From Octopus sinensis (taxonomy: Eukaryota), in NCBI RefSeq assembly GCF_006345805.1, contig NC_043006.1, positions 14,446,001-14,510,000 on the forward strand: a stretch of 64,000 bases of DNA, given 5' to 3'. The position numbers and the translations under genes were made by a program. Below are positions 60,826 to 64,000 of the stretch, piece by piece; the first letter of the stretch is position 1, and each line of letters opens with the position of its first letter. The notes under the pieces are model-generated. The model did not search any database, was not told the DNA's origin, and saw only the letters and a program-made list of their open reading frames with translations.

Positions 60826-62005
60826 TGTATGCACGATACTCGTTCTCTCAACCTTTCAAGGACAATAAGCAAAAGAGAATCAGGGTGCTTGTTTAACTCA
60901 GAACATACAGGAATGAAAGTAAATGCTATAAAGATAGAAATGAGTATTAGAACTTGTGGTATGCTAAAGTCTGAAAGGCAAAAGGTGGGAAGTTGGAACA
61001 GCTATAAGCCACCTCCCTTCATGAGATGTATTTTATCTCAGGGAAACTTCTCCAAGATTTGTGCACTAAAAATCACAGATCTCAATCAGGATATTGCCAA
61101 GAGATCATCATATACACTGTTTCTATATAATTTGGTTTCCTAACTATCCATTTTTATTCTAACCTAATGATGTTTTAAATGTGTATATTGATTTAATTTT
61201 AGTTTGGCCAGCTTTTGCAGAAGTCATTGAATGTTTCACTTACAGATTTGTATATCAGAATACATATTTTTTGACTTGGCTCAGAATGCCCAGGTGTATT
61301 CACCACTGAGGAGATTGAATGAGGTCAAAACACCAGTGTCTGACAATTTTCTGATGGCATCTGGATTGATTACTGTAAACGATGATGATGATGATTGTTA
61401 GAGAATTTTTGCTGAAACAAAAATATTACAGCTAATGCCATTCTATATTGCATCAAAAAATATTATGTACATCGTTATTTTAACATAATGCTGTTTCAAG
61501 TGCTTATATTGATTTAATTTTAGCTTTCACACATTCAGTAAATGTTTTTTTTACTGACACCTCATTTTTAGACTTGCTCATTGAAATGTCTGGGGATATT
61601 TATTAATGAAGAGACCAAATGAAGTTTAAACACAGGTGTCTGACAAGCTGGCATTGATATCCTGTTTTTAACACAAAAGTTTCTGAGACAAAATATTACA
61701 ACTAGCACTATTCTGCATTTGTATATCATTCATCTTGTATCTTTTGCTTGTTTTAGTTAGAAGGTTGTGACCATGCTGGGGTATCACCTTGAAGAATTCT
61801 AGTCAAATGAATAGACGCCAATACTTACTTTTTGAAACCTGGTACTTACTCTATTAGTCTGTTTTGCCAAATCACTAAGATACAGGGACGTAAACATACC
61901 AACACCGGTTGTCAAGTGGTGGTGGGGGGATAGACTCAGACACAAAGATATACATAAATCTATCAATCCATCTATCTATGTCTATATATATATATATATA
62001 TGTGT

Positions 62006-62049
<44 letters not shown>

Positions 62050-62063
62050 ATATATATATTTTG

Positions 62064-62116
<53 letters not shown>

Positions 62117-62118
<2 letters not shown>

Positions 62119-62419
62119 CAAATAAGAAAATGGAGAAGCACAATAGTTGGTTCATCAACTTTAGGACATTAATATGTTAACTTATTTATTTATCAAAATG
62201 ATAACCATAATAACATAGATACATATAGTATATTATTCAATGCATATAAGATAAGAATACAAGTAGTTATTAAAAAACATGAATATAAATTATTAAAATC
62301 ACTTACAGCTGTTTCAGCCAATAGATAAAAGCATCTCATTCTGCCTATGTTAGTCAAGTATATTGAGGTGATAGGCCGTTGAAAATGAGGTACTTATATA
62401 TATCTCTAGACCTCATCAG
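62117..62419 (-). mobile_element. Penelope-like hammerhead-bearing fragment
   Basis: Homologous to 43485-43672 over about 190 bp. Confidence 0.65.
62296..62419 (-). ncRNA. Type I hammerhead with intact core and large stem-II insertion
   Basis: CTGATGA-GGTC..GGCT-GAAAC-AGCT-GTA-AGTGATTTT. Confidence 0.6.
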
Positions 62420-62423
62420 ATAT

Positions 62424-62790
62424 ATCTCTATATATATAAAGCTGAAGTTGTCAGTGTATGGCAGGTTTGGTAGCCTTCAACTAACACTATCTCCTCCAAG
62501 ACCCTGCGGCGTAAGTTGACCAAAATTGAGACTATGATAGAAGAAGGTTTGCTCTTCCTTCCGTAGAAGAAGAAATTCAAATCGGACCGTGTTAACACCA
62601 AAAATTATTTACATCAAAAAGGTGCTTTTTTTCTATGAAAATCCCTATTTTTTACAATTTTTTTACTGCTGTGTCGCCATTTTTCAGTGTATTTCAACCA
62701 GAAAAATGTTCACAAAATTTTTACTTTTCAAAAATTCCAATTCTAAAGGGTCGAAACAAACCCAAGCAACGCCGGGCGAAACTGCTAAGA
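62424..62790 (-). mobile_element. DINE-1/Helentron-like element, third subtype
   Basis: Minus TTAGCAGTTTCGCCCGGCGTTGCTTGGG start, TATATATAGAGAT end. Confidence 0.7.
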
Positions 62791-62799
62791 TATATATAG

Positions 62800-62877
<78 letters not shown>

Positions 62878-63599
62878 CATACATACACACACACACATAC
62901 ACACACTGGGCTTCTTTCAGTTTCTGTCTATCAAACCCACTCACAAAGCTTTGGTTGACTTAAGGCCATTGTAGAAGACACTTGTCCAAGGTGCCATGCC
63001 ATATGATTGAACCTGAAACCAACTTCTTACCACACAGCCACTGCCACACCTATACTTTGTAAATTTTATTCAAATCATTATTGTAGAAAAGGGTTAAGCA
63101 AGAGGCCAGCATCCTCCTCTCAAAGACAATGTGGTACAGATGTGGTACAGTAATCCTTGAAAGATGTTCCAATGTGTAGCAGAGCACAAAAATGGAAATT
63201 ATGATTAAAATACCCAAGTTCTAAGGTTGGTTGTCCTTCAAACAAATCTCAAATTCCAATGTATCAGTTGTAACAGACAAAGTCAACAAAATCAAGTGGG
63301 GTGGGGGTAAAAGCCATTGTGGAATTGTTTCTAAATATAGAAGCTTGGCAACAATGGAAACGACTATGGCTGCAAATATATCCTCATTGTCTTCAATCAA
63401 AATTAGAAATCAATTTGTTTCTAAAGGATATTCATTTAATTAGGACCTAATTTCTCATTTTTAATAAATGTAGACATGGCCGTATTGCCAAGAAGTTTGC
63501 TTTCTGATCACCTAACAACATGGTTTCAGTTGCGGTCCCACTGTGTGATACCTTAAGCAAGTATCTACTACTATAGCCCAAGGCTGATCCAATGTAGGC

Positions 63600-63850
63600 A
63601 TGTGTGGCTTAATGGTTTCAGTGTAAGATCGTAAGATTGTGGTTTTGATTCTTGGACTGAGCGATACATTGCATTCTTGAGCAAAACACTTCATTTCACG
63701 TTGCTCCAGTCCACTCAGCTGGCAAAAATGAGTAACGCTGCGATGGACTGGCATCCTATCCAGGTGCGGAATTTATACGCCATGGAAACTGGGAAACCAG
63801 CCCTTATGAATCAGCATAACTCAAGAAGGTAACCTTTACCTTTACCTTAC
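63600..63850 (+). mobile_element. SINE family D-related copy nested in a degraded family A
   Basis: TTGAGCAAAACACTTCATTTCACGTTGCTCCAGTCCACTCAGCTG shared with 5607-5948. Confidence 0.75.
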
Positions 63851-64000
63851 CAGGCTGACCTAAGCCTCATGACTGGATTTGGTTGATGGAAATTGAAAGA
63901 AGCCTGGCATATATATATATGTGTGTATGTTTGTTTGTGCTTCCTTGTCTTGACATTGTATGATATTTGTAAATGAGTGCCACTGCCATAAAAGATATCT

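Noticed and set aside
60829-61143. 104-aa plus-strand ORF
   Set aside because: Starts in a microsatellite edge; no motifs or supporting splice structure.

Overview
AT-rich, repeat-saturated eukaryotic DNA, most likely from an octopus (coleoid cephalopod); this is inferred from the tRNA-derived SINE families and the microsatellite load. No host protein can be named. The only gene-like signal is a CpG-bearing region at about 24.0-24.9 kb with two candidate phase-0 first exons on the minus strand. The two long coding sequences are retrotransposons. One is a 5'-truncated but stop-free R4/Dong-clade LINE (27379-28963, minus) embedded in a very long (TAA)n array. The other is a near-full-length RTE-clade LINE (ORF 54877-57983, plus) with a PHD finger inserted after the RT domain. 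Its only lesions are four 1-bp homopolymer deletions, and its 3' UTR is amplified into a seven-unit tandem array. The rest is SINEs, DINE-1/Helentron-like elements, MITEs, and mariner, CR1-like and LTR remnants. The most interesting signals are several distinct minimal hammerhead-ribozyme motifs in Penelope-like fragments (one with a non-canonical G3 core), a 555-bp non-autonomous element that appears to target (TAA)n, and the RTE's PHD finger and 3'-UTR satellite. Most ORFs in the supplied track are microsatellite or SINE artefacts. All alignments were done by eye; boundaries of degraded repeats are approximate.
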